A DNA stretch of 52,675 nucleotides from sequence record SRR31156797_3034; one strand, written 5' to 3'. This document shows, piece after piece, positions 18,680 to 29,019 of the stretch. How positions within the stretch are numbered: the first letter of the stretch is position 1; each line of letters begins with the position of its first letter. The position numbers and the translations under genes are program-made. The notes beneath the pieces are model-generated. The model made no database searches and was not told the origin of the DNA. It worked only from the letters and a program-made list of their open reading frames with translations.

Positions 18680-18817
18680 TAAACATATAAATGATATCGC
18701 TATGGAGCAACGAGCTATCAATTCAGCCGGTTCCGGGATATAAATTCTCTCACAAGTATATAACTCAGAATCGGTTGTTTACTATAACTGTAGGTTAAAA
18801 CTATTTAATAATGAGTT

Positions 18818-19534
18818 ATGTTAATGCGAAAAACAGATCATGCAGATCTAGAACATAAAAAATCAATATTTTTTGAAATTGGTGTTATTGTCAGCTTGGG
18901 TTTGGTTTTGTTTTTAATGGAAGTAAACTTTAAATCCAGAACTGTAGGAGAGTTAGTAGTTGATGAAAATATACAAATAGAACAGGAAATAATTCCTATA
19001 ACCCGCCAGCAACAGGATTTACCGCCACCTCCTCCTCCTGTTAAAATTCATGCATCTGATATCATTAATATTGTGGATGATGATGTAATACTTGATGAAG
19101 AATTAGAAATCTTAGATACAGAAACAGACGAAGATCAGGAAGTTGAAGTGATTGAAATGCCTGATATTATGCCTGAAGAAGAAGCTTCGGACGAACCAAT
19201 ATTTATAGTGGTTGAGGAAATGCCCATTTTTAGACCGGATATTTGTAAAACAGAAGAACAGGGTAGGTTAGAATTGTTAAGATATATATCAACGTCTATA
19301 CGATACCCTATAGTTGCTGCAGAAAATGGTATAGAAGGTAAAGTATTTGTAGAATTTGTAGTATCACCACAAGGAAAGGTTACAAATACCAGAATTATAA
19401 GAGGTGTTCATCCGGCTCTTGATGAAGAAGCTATCCGCGTAGTAGATAATTTACCTGATTTCTCTCCCGGGCTTCAACGAGGTAAACCTGTTCGTGTTCA
19501 GTATTCAGTACCAATCAGGTTTGTTTTACAATAA
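18818..19534 (+). CDS. tonB: Energy transducer TonB
   Basis: N-terminal TM, PPPPPP, acidic linker, YPIVAAENGIEGKVFVEFVV...LDEEAIRVV...PIRFVLQ. Confidence 0.9.
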   Translation: MLMRKTDHADLEHKKSIFFEIGVIVSLGLVLFLMEVNFKSRTVGELVVDENIQIEQEIIPITRQQQDLPPPPPPVKIHASDIINIVDDDVILDEELEILDTETDEDQEVEVIEMPDIMPEEEASDEPIFIVVEEMPIFRPDICKTEEQGRLELLRYISTSIRYPIVAAENGIEGKVFVEFVVSPQGKVTNTRIIRGVHPALDEEAIRVVDNLPDFSPGLQRGKPVRVQYSVPIRFVLQ

Positions 19535-19539
19535 AAATT

Positions 19540-19567
19540 AAAGAGGCTGTCTACAGTCTCTTTTTTT
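19540..19567 (+). terminator. Intrinsic terminator
   Basis: AAAGAGGCTGT-CT-ACAGTCTCTTT followed by a T-run. Confidence 0.7.
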
Positions 19568-19609
19568 ATAGGTGCTTTGTAATACATTATTTTGATTTAA
19601 ATTTGCGCC

Positions 19610-20920
19610 ATGCGTAAATGTTTTAGTTTTACAGTTGATGATAATGAAGATTTTAAGCAGAGTATTGTTCATTACTGCCGTGAGATTGAATACGCTGTCC
19701 TGTATGATAGCAACAATTATTATGAGTTCACCAATAATTCTGAGGTAGATTATCATTCATTTGATTTTATGGCTGGTTTAGGAAATATATCCAGTCCTGT
19801 TACCTCAATGGATGAGCTGGAAAGATTCGTTCTGGAGGAAAAAGATTGGTTATTGGGATATTTAGGATATGATTTAAAGAATGATCTGGAAAATCTGTAC
19901 TCAATTAATTCAGATAGTTTGGGCTTTCCTAAATTGTTGTTTTTTCAACCTCAATTTGTCATTAAGTGTATAAATGAAAATTGGCATGTTCAATATCATT
20001 CAAAAGAATGTACAGAAAATGATATTGTAGAATTAATTAATAAAATAAAAGCTGTTCGACCTGTTTCTCATCCTACTTCAGGAATCAGTTTTGTAGAAAA
20101 AGTATCAAAAGATAAATATTGCCAAAGCATCAATGCTGTATTAGAACACATCCATAAAGGAGATATTTACGAATTGAATTACTGCATGGAGTTTTATGCA
20201 GAGCAAGTAGAATTAGATCCATACAACGCTTATATTTCGTTAAATCAAATATCTCCAACTCCCTTTTCCGCCTTTTGTAAAATGGGGAATCATTTTGTTT
20301 TATCGGCTTCTCCCGAAAGGTTTTTAAAAAAGGAGGGAACAAAGCTGATCAGTCAGCCCATTAAAGGCACGGCTAAAAGGGGAGTTGATGAAGAAGAAGA
20401 TGAGGAATTAAAAAAACGTTTGTATTCAGATATTAAAGAGCAATCAGAAAATATCATGATTACAGACTTGGTTCGGAATGATTTATCAAAGGTTGCACGA
20501 AAAGGTTCTGTAAAAGTGGATGAATTATGCGGTATATATCCATTTAAACAGGTTTTTCAGATGATATCGACCATTAGTGCTAATCTTGATGCAAATAGTA
20601 CCTCTATGGATGCAATTAAAGCTTCTTTTCCTCCAGGTTCAATGACTGGAGCTCCTAAAATAAGAGCGATGAAACTGATCGAGAAATACGAAGAAACCAA
20701 AAGAGGAGTTTATTCGGGAGGTATTGGTTATTTTAGTCCTGATGGAGATTTTGATTTTAATGTTGTTATTCGCAGTTTGCTTTATAATGTACAGAATCGG
20801 TATTTATCGTTTATGGTAGGAAGTGCGATAACGGAAAAAAGTATTCCTGAAAAAGAATATGAAGAATGCCTGTTAAAAGCAAAAGCCATTTTTCAACTAT
20901 TTAATTCATCTAAAAAATAA
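19610..20920 (+). CDS. pabB: Aminodeoxychorismate synthase component I (chorismate-binding family)
   Basis: SASPERF, QPIKGT, ENIMITDLVRNDL, FPPGSMTGAPKIRAM, FNVVIRS. Confidence 0.85.
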   Translation: MRKCFSFTVDDNEDFKQSIVHYCREIEYAVLYDSNNYYEFTNNSEVDYHSFDFMAGLGNISSPVTSMDELERFVLEEKDWLLGYLGYDLKNDLENLYSINSDSLGFPKLLFFQPQFVIKCINENWHVQYHSKECTENDIVELINKIKAVRPVSHPTSGISFVEKVSKDKYCQSINAVLEHIHKGDIYELNYCMEFYAEQVELDPYNAYISLNQISPTPFSAFCKMGNHFVLSASPERFLKKEGTKLISQPIKGTAKRGVDEEEDEELKKRLYSDIKEQSENIMITDLVRNDLSKVARKGSVKVDELCGIYPFKQVFQMISTISANLDANSTSMDAIKASFPPGSMTGAPKIRAMKLIEKYEETKRGVYSGGIGYFSPDGDFDFNVVIRSLLYNVQNRYLSFMVGSAITEKSIPEKEYEECLLKAKAIFQLFNSSKK

Positions 20921-20922
20921 CA

Positions 20923-22257
20923 ATGATTCAGCAATTTACGCAATATTTACAAAGCGAATGTAAAATTGATTCAGAACAAAAGGTTTTGGTTGCACTTAGT
21001 GGAGGAGCAGATTCTGTTGTGTTATTGCATCTTTTTAAGGAGTCAGGTATTCAGGTGCAGGCTGCACATTGTAATTTTAATTTAAGGGCAGAGGAATCGG
21101 ATGCTGATGAAGCTTTTGTTCAGGAACTGAGCGAAAAATGGGAGATTCCATTATTTGTAAAACATTTTGATACAGTTGGCTATTCTGAAGAAAAGGGAAT
21201 AAGTATTGAAATGGGAGCCCGGGAATTAAGGTATAATTGGTTTAGAGAATTACTTGAGAAAGAAAGACTCGATTATATTGCTACTGGTCATCATAAGGAT
21301 GATAATATAGAAACCTTCTTTTTGAATCTAGCCAGAGGAACAGGTATTAAAGGATTAAGTGGAATTAAACCAGCTTATGGACAAGTGATACGACCTTTGC
21401 TTTGCTTTTCAAGAAAAGAAATAGAATCATATTGTCAGAAAAATAACCTTATATACAGAATCGACTCTTCAAACCTGGAATCCATTTATTTACGCAATAA
21501 AGTTCGAAATCAAATTATTCCATTATTTCAAGAGTTAAATCCTTCTTTTAATGAAACGATGAAGCAGAATATGGATCATCTACAACAGGTGAATCAATTT
21601 TTTCAAGCATCAGTGGATAAAATCAGGAAAGAAATGGTGGTGGAGCAGGATAATCAACTATTGCTTTCTTTAAGGCATATAAATGAATTTCTGGATAAGG
21701 AATTAATATTGTTTGAATTACTTCAGCCATATGGTTTTAATGGTAGTGTGGTGAAAGAAATTATTAGAAATATAGAAGATGATGTTTCCGGAAAACAATA
21801 TTATTCAAGCCAGTACAGACTAATTAAAGATCGTTTTAATTTGATTATTGTCCCTATTAAAAAAGAGGATGAGACTTTAACTTATTATATTGAAGCAGGA
21901 CAAGCATTAATAGAGACGCCGATTAAAATAAAAATAGTCGGAAATCTGGATTCTTCAACTTATGTTATTGATAAAGATAGTTTAGCAGCACAATTTGATT
22001 GTGATTTGTTGAGTTTCCCTTTAACTTTAAGAAAATGGAATAATGGCGATATGTTTCGACCACTAGGAATGAATAACTTCAAAAAACTGAGTGACTATTT
22101 TATTGATTCCAAGTTTTCACTAAAAGACAAAGAAGATTGCTGGTTGCTGTTGTCTGGCGATGATATTATTTGGGTTGTTGGTCATAGAACTGACGATCGA
22201 TATAAAATTACCAAGAAAACACAAAAAGTGTGTAAGTTAGTTTTGCAAAAGGACTAA
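20923..22257 (+). CDS. tilS: tRNA(Ile)-lysidine synthetase
   Basis: ALSGGADS, HCNFNLR, ARELRY, GHHKDDNIET, IRPLL, DSSN...RNKVR. Confidence 0.95.
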   Translation: MIQQFTQYLQSECKIDSEQKVLVALSGGADSVVLLHLFKESGIQVQAAHCNFNLRAEESDADEAFVQELSEKWEIPLFVKHFDTVGYSEEKGISIEMGARELRYNWFRELLEKERLDYIATGHHKDDNIETFFLNLARGTGIKGLSGIKPAYGQVIRPLLCFSRKEIESYCQKNNLIYRIDSSNLESIYLRNKVRNQIIPLFQELNPSFNETMKQNMDHLQQVNQFFQASVDKIRKEMVVEQDNQLLLSLRHINEFLDKELILFELLQPYGFNGSVVKEIIRNIEDDVSGKQYYSSQYRLIKDRFNLIIVPIKKEDETLTYYIEAGQALIETPIKIKIVGNLDSSTYVIDKDSLAAQFDCDLLSFPLTLRKWNNGDMFRPLGMNNFKKLSDYFIDSKFSLKDKEDCWLLLSGDDIIWVVGHRTDDRYKITKKTQKVCKLVLQKD

Positions 22258-23327
22258 AGCTCATTAACAATTCCACCTCCAACAACATAGTCTTCTTCAT
22301 AAAAAACAATAGACTGGCCGGGTGTGATGGCCCAAACCGGGGTGTCAAAATAGATATGTAAATCGTTGTTTTTAATGGTTATTTTTCCAGGAGTAGGTGG
22401 CACAGCATCTAATCCTCGAATTCTGATATCTACATATTTTTCCGTATTAAGGAATCGGTCATCATTAAAAAAGAACTTGGTTAAAACTAAATGATCTTGA
22501 AACAGGTTGTTTTTTGGTGCTGTAATTAAAACATTATTTGAAGCATCAATTTTAGCCACACATTCTCCTTGATTATTGTTTAATTGAAGACCTCTTTTTT
22601 GTCCAATAGTATAGTACGGAAATCCTTCGTGAGAACCAATATGTTCTCCTTTGTGATTAACTATTTTTCCATTTGACAATTTATTTCTTAATTCTGGAAT
22701 TTGCTCGTCTATAAAATCGCGGTAATCAGTTCCTTGTAAGAAACAAACTCCCATACTTTCTTTTTTTTGTGAGAGAGAAACAAAACCAAGTTCTTTAGCT
22801 TTTTCTTTTACTTGTGATTTAGTGAAATTTCCCAGCGGGAAAACACATCTTTTTAATGTTGCTTGGGGTAAGTTCCAAAGAAAATAAGATTGATCTTTAG
22901 TTGGGTCGATTCCTTTTTGAATGTAAAATACATCTTGATCTTTATGCAAGCGCACATAATGTCCGGTTGCTATTTTATCGCATTGTAGTTTTTCTGCTTC
23001 TTCTACTAAAAGCTTCCATTTGATGGTTTCATTACACCGAATACATGGATTAGGAGTTCGTCCTTGTAGGTATTCATCTAAAAAATAATCAATTACTTTA
23101 GTTTTAAAATCATTATAAACATCTATAACATGATGCTCAATTTGTAATTGGGAAGCTAGTTTTTTGGCATCATCAATAAATTTTGTAGAATCAGGAGAGG
23201 AGAGAGGTGAAACGGTATTAAATGTAATTCCAACAACTTCATATCCTTCTTGTAATAAATACCAGGCACACATTGAACTATCAACTCCGCCACTCATTCC
23301 CAATAAAACTCGCTCTCTTTTATTCAT
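22254..23327 (-). CDS. mnmA: tRNA 2-thiouridylase
   Basis: MSGGVDSS, TPNPCIRCN, ATGHY, KDQSYFL, KKESMGVCF, YTIGQKRGL, ITPGQS; 4-bp convergent overlap with tilS. Confidence 0.93.
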   Translation of the reverse strand: MNKRERVLLGMSGGVDSSMCAWYLLQEGYEVVGITFNTVSPLSSPDSTKFIDDAKKLASQLQIEHHVIDVYNDFKTKVIDYFLDEYLQGRTPNPCIRCNETIKWKLLVEEAEKLQCDKIATGHYVRLHKDQDVFYIQKGIDPTKDQSYFLWNLPQATLKRCVFPLGNFTKSQVKEKAKELGFVSLSQKKESMGVCFLQGTDYRDFIDEQIPELRNKLSNGKIVNHKGEHIGSHEGFPYYTIGQKRGLQLNNNQGECVAKIDASNNVLITAPKNNLFQDHLVLTKFFFNDDRFLNTEKYVDIRIRGLDAVPPTPGKITIKNNDLHIYFDTPVWAITPGQSIVFYEEDYVVGGGIVNEL

Positions 23328-23511
23328 ACTGCAAATGTAATAAAAGAGTTAAAAGGAAAGCAGATGAAATTTGTACACATAGAAAATGTCTCACGAAATC
23401 AAGTTATTGTGGTTATTGGCTTAGTAAATTTGACCTTAAGAAATATTTGAAATTCTACCGTTTTTAAGCTTTGGGAATCTTCTGATATATTGGATATGCC
23501 TAATAACTTGA

Positions 23512-24312
23512 TTATCGATAATCAGTACTCTCAAATATTTTATCTGCAGAGCTGGCAATAAATCCATTAAATAGTTCGCCATTTTTAGAATTAAATCGTT
23601 CTGCAAATTCATAATAGCAAGCAGGTATAGAGTAAATTCCTTCAATAAATTGCATTTTTGTTTTGTCAGCTAAAGTACTTGATTGTTTTAATAATTGTTT
23701 TTTACTGCCTTTAACCGTTCCTCCCGCTTCATTTAATTCAATACCATTGTTTATAAGAAATGTGTTGAGTTCTTCTAATGTGTTAAATTTATTTAGGTGA
23801 TTAACAGAAATCGTAAAGTGGTTTGCTCTAAAACCAAATACATACATCCAGGCAGCATATTCTGATTCGTTTCTTAAAAAGTCGTAATTAATAAATGATG
23901 GCATGATCCATGAGTTTTTAAAAAAAATCAGATCCTTAGCCATGGGTAAGTTTTTCAGAATATTTTTATAATGTGAAATAACAATATTTTGACTTGCCTT
24001 ACTTAGTTCATTTACTTCTAGTTGACTAATGAAAATTTTAGGGGCAAGGGATAAATCTTTATGCTCGTAGTGTTTTGCTGTCAATTTTTTTTCCTTAAAT
24101 CGATAATTTCCCTTTTCTTTGTACCCTCTTACTTCAAAAGCTTTGGCAAGCACATCGATATTTATTTTTGGTAGATTGTATGTTCTAAAAGCAATATGGT
24201 CGTTAATTATCTCTTCATTTTCATTTTTTAATAATGAATGTATTTTACCAACGGTAGGATTCAATGATGCATAATCGGTAAATAATCGGGAGAAAATAGC
24301 TTGCAGATCCAT
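23512..24312 (-). CDS. DUF1338 family metalloenzyme (HglS/YdcJ-like)
   Basis: NDHIAFRT, ESEYAAW, NHFTISV, YYEFAER, ADKIFEST. Confidence 0.85.
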   Translation of the reverse strand: MDLQAIFSRLFTDYASLNPTVGKIHSLLKNENEEIINDHIAFRTYNLPKINIDVLAKAFEVRGYKEKGNYRFKEKKLTAKHYEHKDLSLAPKIFISQLEVNELSKASQNIVISHYKNILKNLPMAKDLIFFKNSWIMPSFINYDFLRNESEYAAWMYVFGFRANHFTISVNHLNKFNTLEELNTFLINNGIELNEAGGTVKGSKKQLLKQSSTLADKTKMQFIEGIYSIPACYYEFAERFNSKNGELFNGFIASSADKIFESTDYR

Positions 24313-24485
24313 ACTTAAATATCTTTTCTTTTAAGTTACAATAAATAAGAGCTGATTTCAAGTAAAATTAGGCGCTTAATTGCAAGAATTGGAACAATAT
24401 TCTATGAATAAAAATGAAAATTTGATTGAAATACCGGAATGACTATATAATTTTGTAATAATAACTTTATAATATAATACCTCAA

Positions 24486-25490
24486 ATGAAATTCATTAAC
24501 AAATTAAAAGAAAAGGCTAAAGAAAACATGAAGCGCATTGTGCTTCCTGAAAGTCTTGAGGAAAGAACACTTAAAGCTGCAGATACTATTATTAGCGAAG
24601 GTTTTGCAGAGGTGATATTAATTGGTAATCCAGATACTATTGCTGAGGAGGCCAAGAAATTTAATCTTTCAAACATTGATAAGGCTACTATTGTAGATCC
24701 TGAAAATCATGATAAAAAAGAAGAGTACACCAATTTGTTAATTGAATTACGTAACAAGAAGGGGCTTACTCGCGAACAGGCAGATCAGTTGGTTTTAAAT
24801 CCATTATACTTGGCTTCCTTAATGATAAAAAGTGGCGATGCTGATGGAGAAGTTGCTGGTGCAGAAAATTCAACAGGAGATGTATTGCGTCCAGCATTTC
24901 AAATTGTAAAAACATTACCGGGAATTAGTGTTGTTTCTGGTGCCTTTATAATGATTTTACCAAACGATGAATTTGGTGAAAATGGTATGTTGGTTTTTGC
25001 AGATTGTGCAGTGCATCCAAACCCAACAGCTAGTGAACTTGCAGAAATTGCTGTAGTAACAGGTAAAACAACCAAGTCTATCGCAGGTATTGATCCTAGA
25101 GTGGCCATGTTAAGCTTTTCTACAAAAGGAAGTGCGAAACATGAAATGGTCGATAAAGTTGTTGAAGCAACTAAGTTGGCTAAAGAAATGGATCCAACTT
25201 TAAAAATTGATGGTGAATTACAAGCAGATGCTGCTATTGTGGAAGCTATTGGAGCTAAAAAAGCACCAGGAAGTGAAATAGCAGGTAAAGCGAATGTTTT
25301 GGTATTTCCAACCTTAGAAACTGGAAATATTGCCTATAAATTGGTGCAAAGAATGGCACATGCCGAAGCGATTGGTCCTGTTTTACAAGGAATGGCCGCA
25401 CCTATCAATGATTTGTCAAGAGGTTGTTCGGTAAGTGATATTGTTAATTTGGTAGCCATTACAGCTAACCAAGCTGCCGGTAATGTGTAA
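24486..25490 (+). CDS. pta: Phosphate acetyltransferase
   Basis: RIVLPE, FADCAV, AMLSFST, DGELQADAA, GNIAYKL, INDLSRG. Confidence 0.95.
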   Translation: MKFINKLKEKAKENMKRIVLPESLEERTLKAADTIISEGFAEVILIGNPDTIAEEAKKFNLSNIDKATIVDPENHDKKEEYTNLLIELRNKKGLTREQADQLVLNPLYLASLMIKSGDADGEVAGAENSTGDVLRPAFQIVKTLPGISVVSGAFIMILPNDEFGENGMLVFADCAVHPNPTASELAEIAVVTGKTTKSIAGIDPRVAMLSFSTKGSAKHEMVDKVVEATKLAKEMDPTLKIDGELQADAAIVEAIGAKKAPGSEIAGKANVLVFPTLETGNIAYKLVQRMAHAEAIGPVLQGMAAPINDLSRGCSVSDIVNLVAITANQAAGNV

Positions 25491-25539
25491 TAAATACATG
25501 CTGAATTAACCTGAATTTGTAAAAAATAAAATCAAAATA

Positions 25540-26499
25540 ATGGCTGAAATTTTAGTAGAACCTATTGAAGGTTATGCACTAAGTAAAGACAAGAAAAAAG
25601 GAACAACACTTTTTTCAAAAGTTGGTGTAATTGGTTGTGGTAAAGAAGGACAAAGTATTGCCCGTATTGCTAGTTGGCATGGGATGGAGGTTGTTTTTCT
25701 TGAGCTTACCGAAAATAAAATAGAGTTAGCAATTTCTAATATAAGCAAGGAGTTGGATAACCGAATTGAGAACTGGGGATTAACACCTAGTGAGAAAAAA
25801 GCAATTATGAGCCGCATTAAAGGTACTTTAGATTATAAAGACCTAGCTGATTGTGATTTTGTAATTGAAGCAATTCGTTCTGATTCTAATACCGGATTTA
25901 GAAGTATTGATGAGCGTAAGGAGGTATTTAGAAAAGTTGAAGAAATTGTTAGGGAAGACACCATTATTGCTACCAATTCAACTACAATTATTATTACAGA
26001 ATTAGCTTCGGAAATGAAAAAACCAGAGAGGTGTATTAGCCTGCACTTTTTTGTAACATCACCAGAAGCTAAAATCATAGAAGTTGTAAAAGGATTATAC
26101 ACATCAGAAGAGGTATATAATAAGGTATGTACCTTTGTGAAGTTAATAAACAGGGATGTAATTCCTGTTGAAGAATCTGCTGGTTTAGTAAGTGTACGTT
26201 TGTATGTGACATTATTAAACGAAGCATGTCAGGTTTTAATGGAAGGTATTGCAACAATGAGCGATATTGATAAAACCATGAAAGTAGGATTAGGAATGCG
26301 TTTTGGTCCCTTTCAAACTGCAGACATTATTGGTTTAAGCAAGATATCTAAGTGGATGGATAATTTGTATGAAGAGTTTGGTAATTCTAAGTACAAGCCA
26401 TCCCCGCTAATTAAAAGATTGGTTAGAGCTAAGCATTTAGGAAAACAATCTGGCGAAGGTTTCTATAAGTATGATGAAAATGGTGTAATTATTAAGTAA
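25540..26499 (+). CDS. 3-hydroxyacyl-CoA dehydrogenase family protein (divergent hbd-like)
   Basis: Rossmann GVIGCG, DFVIEAI, ATNST, LHFF, NEA, GPFQTADIIGL, LGKQSGEGFYKY. Confidence 0.8.
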   Translation: MAEILVEPIEGYALSKDKKKGTTLFSKVGVIGCGKEGQSIARIASWHGMEVVFLELTENKIELAISNISKELDNRIENWGLTPSEKKAIMSRIKGTLDYKDLADCDFVIEAIRSDSNTGFRSIDERKEVFRKVEEIVREDTIIATNSTTIIITELASEMKKPERCISLHFFVTSPEAKIIEVVKGLYTSEEVYNKVCTFVKLINRDVIPVEESAGLVSVRLYVTLLNEACQVLMEGIATMSDIDKTMKVGLGMRFGPFQTADIIGLSKISKWMDNLYEEFGNSKYKPSPLIKRLVRAKHLGKQSGEGFYKYDENGVIIK

Positions 26500-26541
26500 A
26501 GCACCGCAATAATTTAATTGTAAAAAGTTTAAATCAATAAA

Positions 26542-27759
26542 ATGAAGATATTAGTATTGAATTGTGGAAGCTCTTCCATAAAATATCAATTGTTCAATAT
26601 GGATGACGAAGGTCATTTGGTATTGGGCAAAGGAGCTGTTGAGAAAATAGGATTAAAAGGATCATTTTTAAAGCACGAAAAAGAAAGCGGCGAAAAAGTA
26701 TTGCTGGAAGGTGAAATATTAGATCACCAAACCGGTATTGATTATATTTTAGGTGTTTTATCCAGTGAAAAGCATGGATGCATTAAAAATCTTGAAGAGA
26801 TAGATGCTGTTGGACACCGCGTAGTACACGGAGGTGAAACATTTAACTCAAGTGTATTTATTACCAATGAAGTGGTGGATAAAATGAATGAGTGTATTGA
26901 CTTGGCACCACTACATAATCCGCCAAACTTAAGTGGTATTTCTGCTATTGAAGCATTATTGCCAAGTGTACCTCAGGTAGGTGTTTTTGATACTGCTTTT
27001 CATCAAACAATGGAGAAGCATGCTTATATGTATGCTATTCCTTATTCTTTATATCAAAAGTACGGAATACGTAGATATGGTTTCCACGGGACAAGCCATA
27101 AATACGTGTCTGCAAGAGCTTGTGAAATTTTAGGTGATGACTATAAGAGTAAAAAAATTATTACTTGTCACTTAGGTAATGGAGCATCTATTGCTGCTAT
27201 TAAGAATGGTGTTTCTGTGGACACATCGATGGGTTTCACTCCGGTAGAAGGACTTATGATGGGAACCAGAGCTGGTGACCTTGATATCGGTGCTGCTACT
27301 TTTATCATGGATAAAGAAATGATCGGAACCAAGTCGGCAAGTAACTTATTCAATAAGCAAAGTGGTTTATTGGGAATTACAGGTGTTTCTTCTGATATGC
27401 GTGAAATTCGTGCTGCGGCAGCAGAAGGTGATAAAATGGCAATATTAGGATTAGAAATGTACTCATACCGTATTAAAAAATATATTGGATCGTATGCAGC
27501 GGCAATGGGCGGTGTTGATACAATTATATTCACAGGCGGTATTGGTGAATATGCAGTTTATGTAAGAGAAGCTATTTGTTCCGACCTTGAATTTATTGGT
27601 ATTGAAATGGATAATGCCATTAATGAGAAAGTGCTAGGGGAAGAAGCTGTAGTTAGTACTGAAAATAGTAAAGTAAAAGTACTTGTAGTACCAACTGACG
27701 AAGAGCTGGTTATCGCTCAGGATACTAAACAAATTGTTGAAGAGTTGGCTAGTAGATAG
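26542..27759 (+). CDS. ackA: Acetate kinase
   Basis: LNCGSSSIKY, GHRVVHGG, LAPLHNPPN, FDTAFH, GFHGTSH, HLGNGAS, VPTDEE. Confidence 0.97.
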   Translation: MKILVLNCGSSSIKYQLFNMDDEGHLVLGKGAVEKIGLKGSFLKHEKESGEKVLLEGEILDHQTGIDYILGVLSSEKHGCIKNLEEIDAVGHRVVHGGETFNSSVFITNEVVDKMNECIDLAPLHNPPNLSGISAIEALLPSVPQVGVFDTAFHQTMEKHAYMYAIPYSLYQKYGIRRYGFHGTSHKYVSARACEILGDDYKSKKIITCHLGNGASIAAIKNGVSVDTSMGFTPVEGLMMGTRAGDLDIGAATFIMDKEMIGTKSASNLFNKQSGLLGITGVSSDMREIRAAAAEGDKMAILGLEMYSYRIKKYIGSYAAAMGGVDTIIFTGGIGEYAVYVREAICSDLEFIGIEMDNAINEKVLGEEAVVSTENSKVKVLVVPTDEELVIAQDTKQIVEELASR

Positions 27760-27781
27760 TTAATATATCAAAAAAAAACTT

Positions 27782-27828
27782 AAGGCGTATTTTCATGGAT
27801 CAAAACATGATAAATACGCCTTTTTTTT
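27782..27828 (+). terminator. Intrinsic terminator
   Basis: AAGGCGTATTT...AAATACGCCTT followed by a T-run. Confidence 0.8.
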
Positions 27829-28018
27829 GCTTATAAATATCATTTTTATAATAACTTACCCATGTTATTTTAGTGTCGCTGGCAGAATTCTATTTTATAA
27901 GTTAAAAGTTTGTTTTGATTCAAGTAGGTAATTTGAATGAAAATAAACAACTTCTATAGTTACATGTTTGCCAGATATTGAAATAAGAACTGATATTGCA
28001 AAAACGAAAAGGTATTAC

Positions 28019-28915
28019 ATGTTTAAAAAACTATCAGATTTAGAAACGCTTATTACCAAAAGAAAAGTAGTAAAAAGTATAGCATTGGCTGTTTCACAGG
28101 ATGTATTTTCACTTAATGCAGTACATGATGCCTATCATAAAGGTATTATTAAACCTATTCTTATAGGAGATGAGAAACATACTAGGGAAATTATTGCAGA
28201 AAATGGCTATAATTTTGAAGGAGCTACTTTTATAAATGAATCCGATCATGAAAAATGTGTTAAGATTGCTGTTAAGATGGTACATGATGGTGAGGCACAG
28301 GTTTTAATGAAAGGAAAAGTAGCTACTCCAATTCTTTTAAAAGGAGTTTTAAATAAAGAGTGGGGGTTAAGAACAGGCGGTTTATTATCGCATTTTGCCT
28401 TATTCGAAGTTGATACTTATCATAAGCTAATTGCGATTACAGATGTTGCTATGAATATTGCTCCGAACTTAAAGGATAAAATTTCTATTGTCAATAATTC
28501 GGTAAGCTATTTAAATAAATTAGGAATTGCTAAGCCTAAAGTAGCCGTTTTAGGAGCTATTGAAATGGTTAATGAAAGTATGCAGGCCACACTTGATGCG
28601 GCACTTTTATCCAAGATGAATCAGCGAGATCAGATTAAAAATTGTATAATAGATGGTCCATTGGCATTTGATAATGCTGTAAGTTTTGAAAGTGCTAAGC
28701 ATAAGAATATAAAAAGTGCAGTAGCAGGGGATACTGATTTATTATTGATGCCGGATATTGAAGTGGGTAATGTGTTGTATAAAACCTTGGTTTTCTTTGC
28801 AAAAGCAAAAGTAGCTTCCGTTATTCTTGGAGCAAAATCACCTATTGTATTAACTTCCAGAAGTGACTCGGAAGAATCAAAATATCATAGTATTTTATTG
28901 GCAGTGTTAGGGTAA
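28019..28915 (+). CDS. ptb: Phosphate butyryltransferase
   Basis: LMKGKV, LSH, TDVAMNIAP, DGPLAFDNA, GNVLYK, LTSRSDS; directly upstream of buk; ATG 28019. Confidence 0.88.
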   Translation: MFKKLSDLETLITKRKVVKSIALAVSQDVFSLNAVHDAYHKGIIKPILIGDEKHTREIIAENGYNFEGATFINESDHEKCVKIAVKMVHDGEAQVLMKGKVATPILLKGVLNKEWGLRTGGLLSHFALFEVDTYHKLIAITDVAMNIAPNLKDKISIVNNSVSYLNKLGIAKPKVAVLGAIEMVNESMQATLDAALLSKMNQRDQIKNCIIDGPLAFDNAVSFESAKHKNIKSAVAGDTDLLLMPDIEVGNVLYKTLVFFAKAKVASVILGAKSPIVLTSRSDSEESKYHSILLAVLG

Positions 28916-29019
28916 ATTTTTGAATAGCAATTAACTGTAATGTTTTAATTATAAAATCAATTGCTTAGCTTTAAGCTAGCTTATGACAAATTTAGATGTT
29001 AACCTTTGAAAACTAATTT

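Noticed and set aside
18508-18817. Integrated element at tRNA-Arg
   Set aside because: No integrase, and no duplicated tRNA 3' end seen in the window
19021-19040. CCT/CCG repeat in tonB
   Set aside because: It encodes the normal TonB polyproline tract
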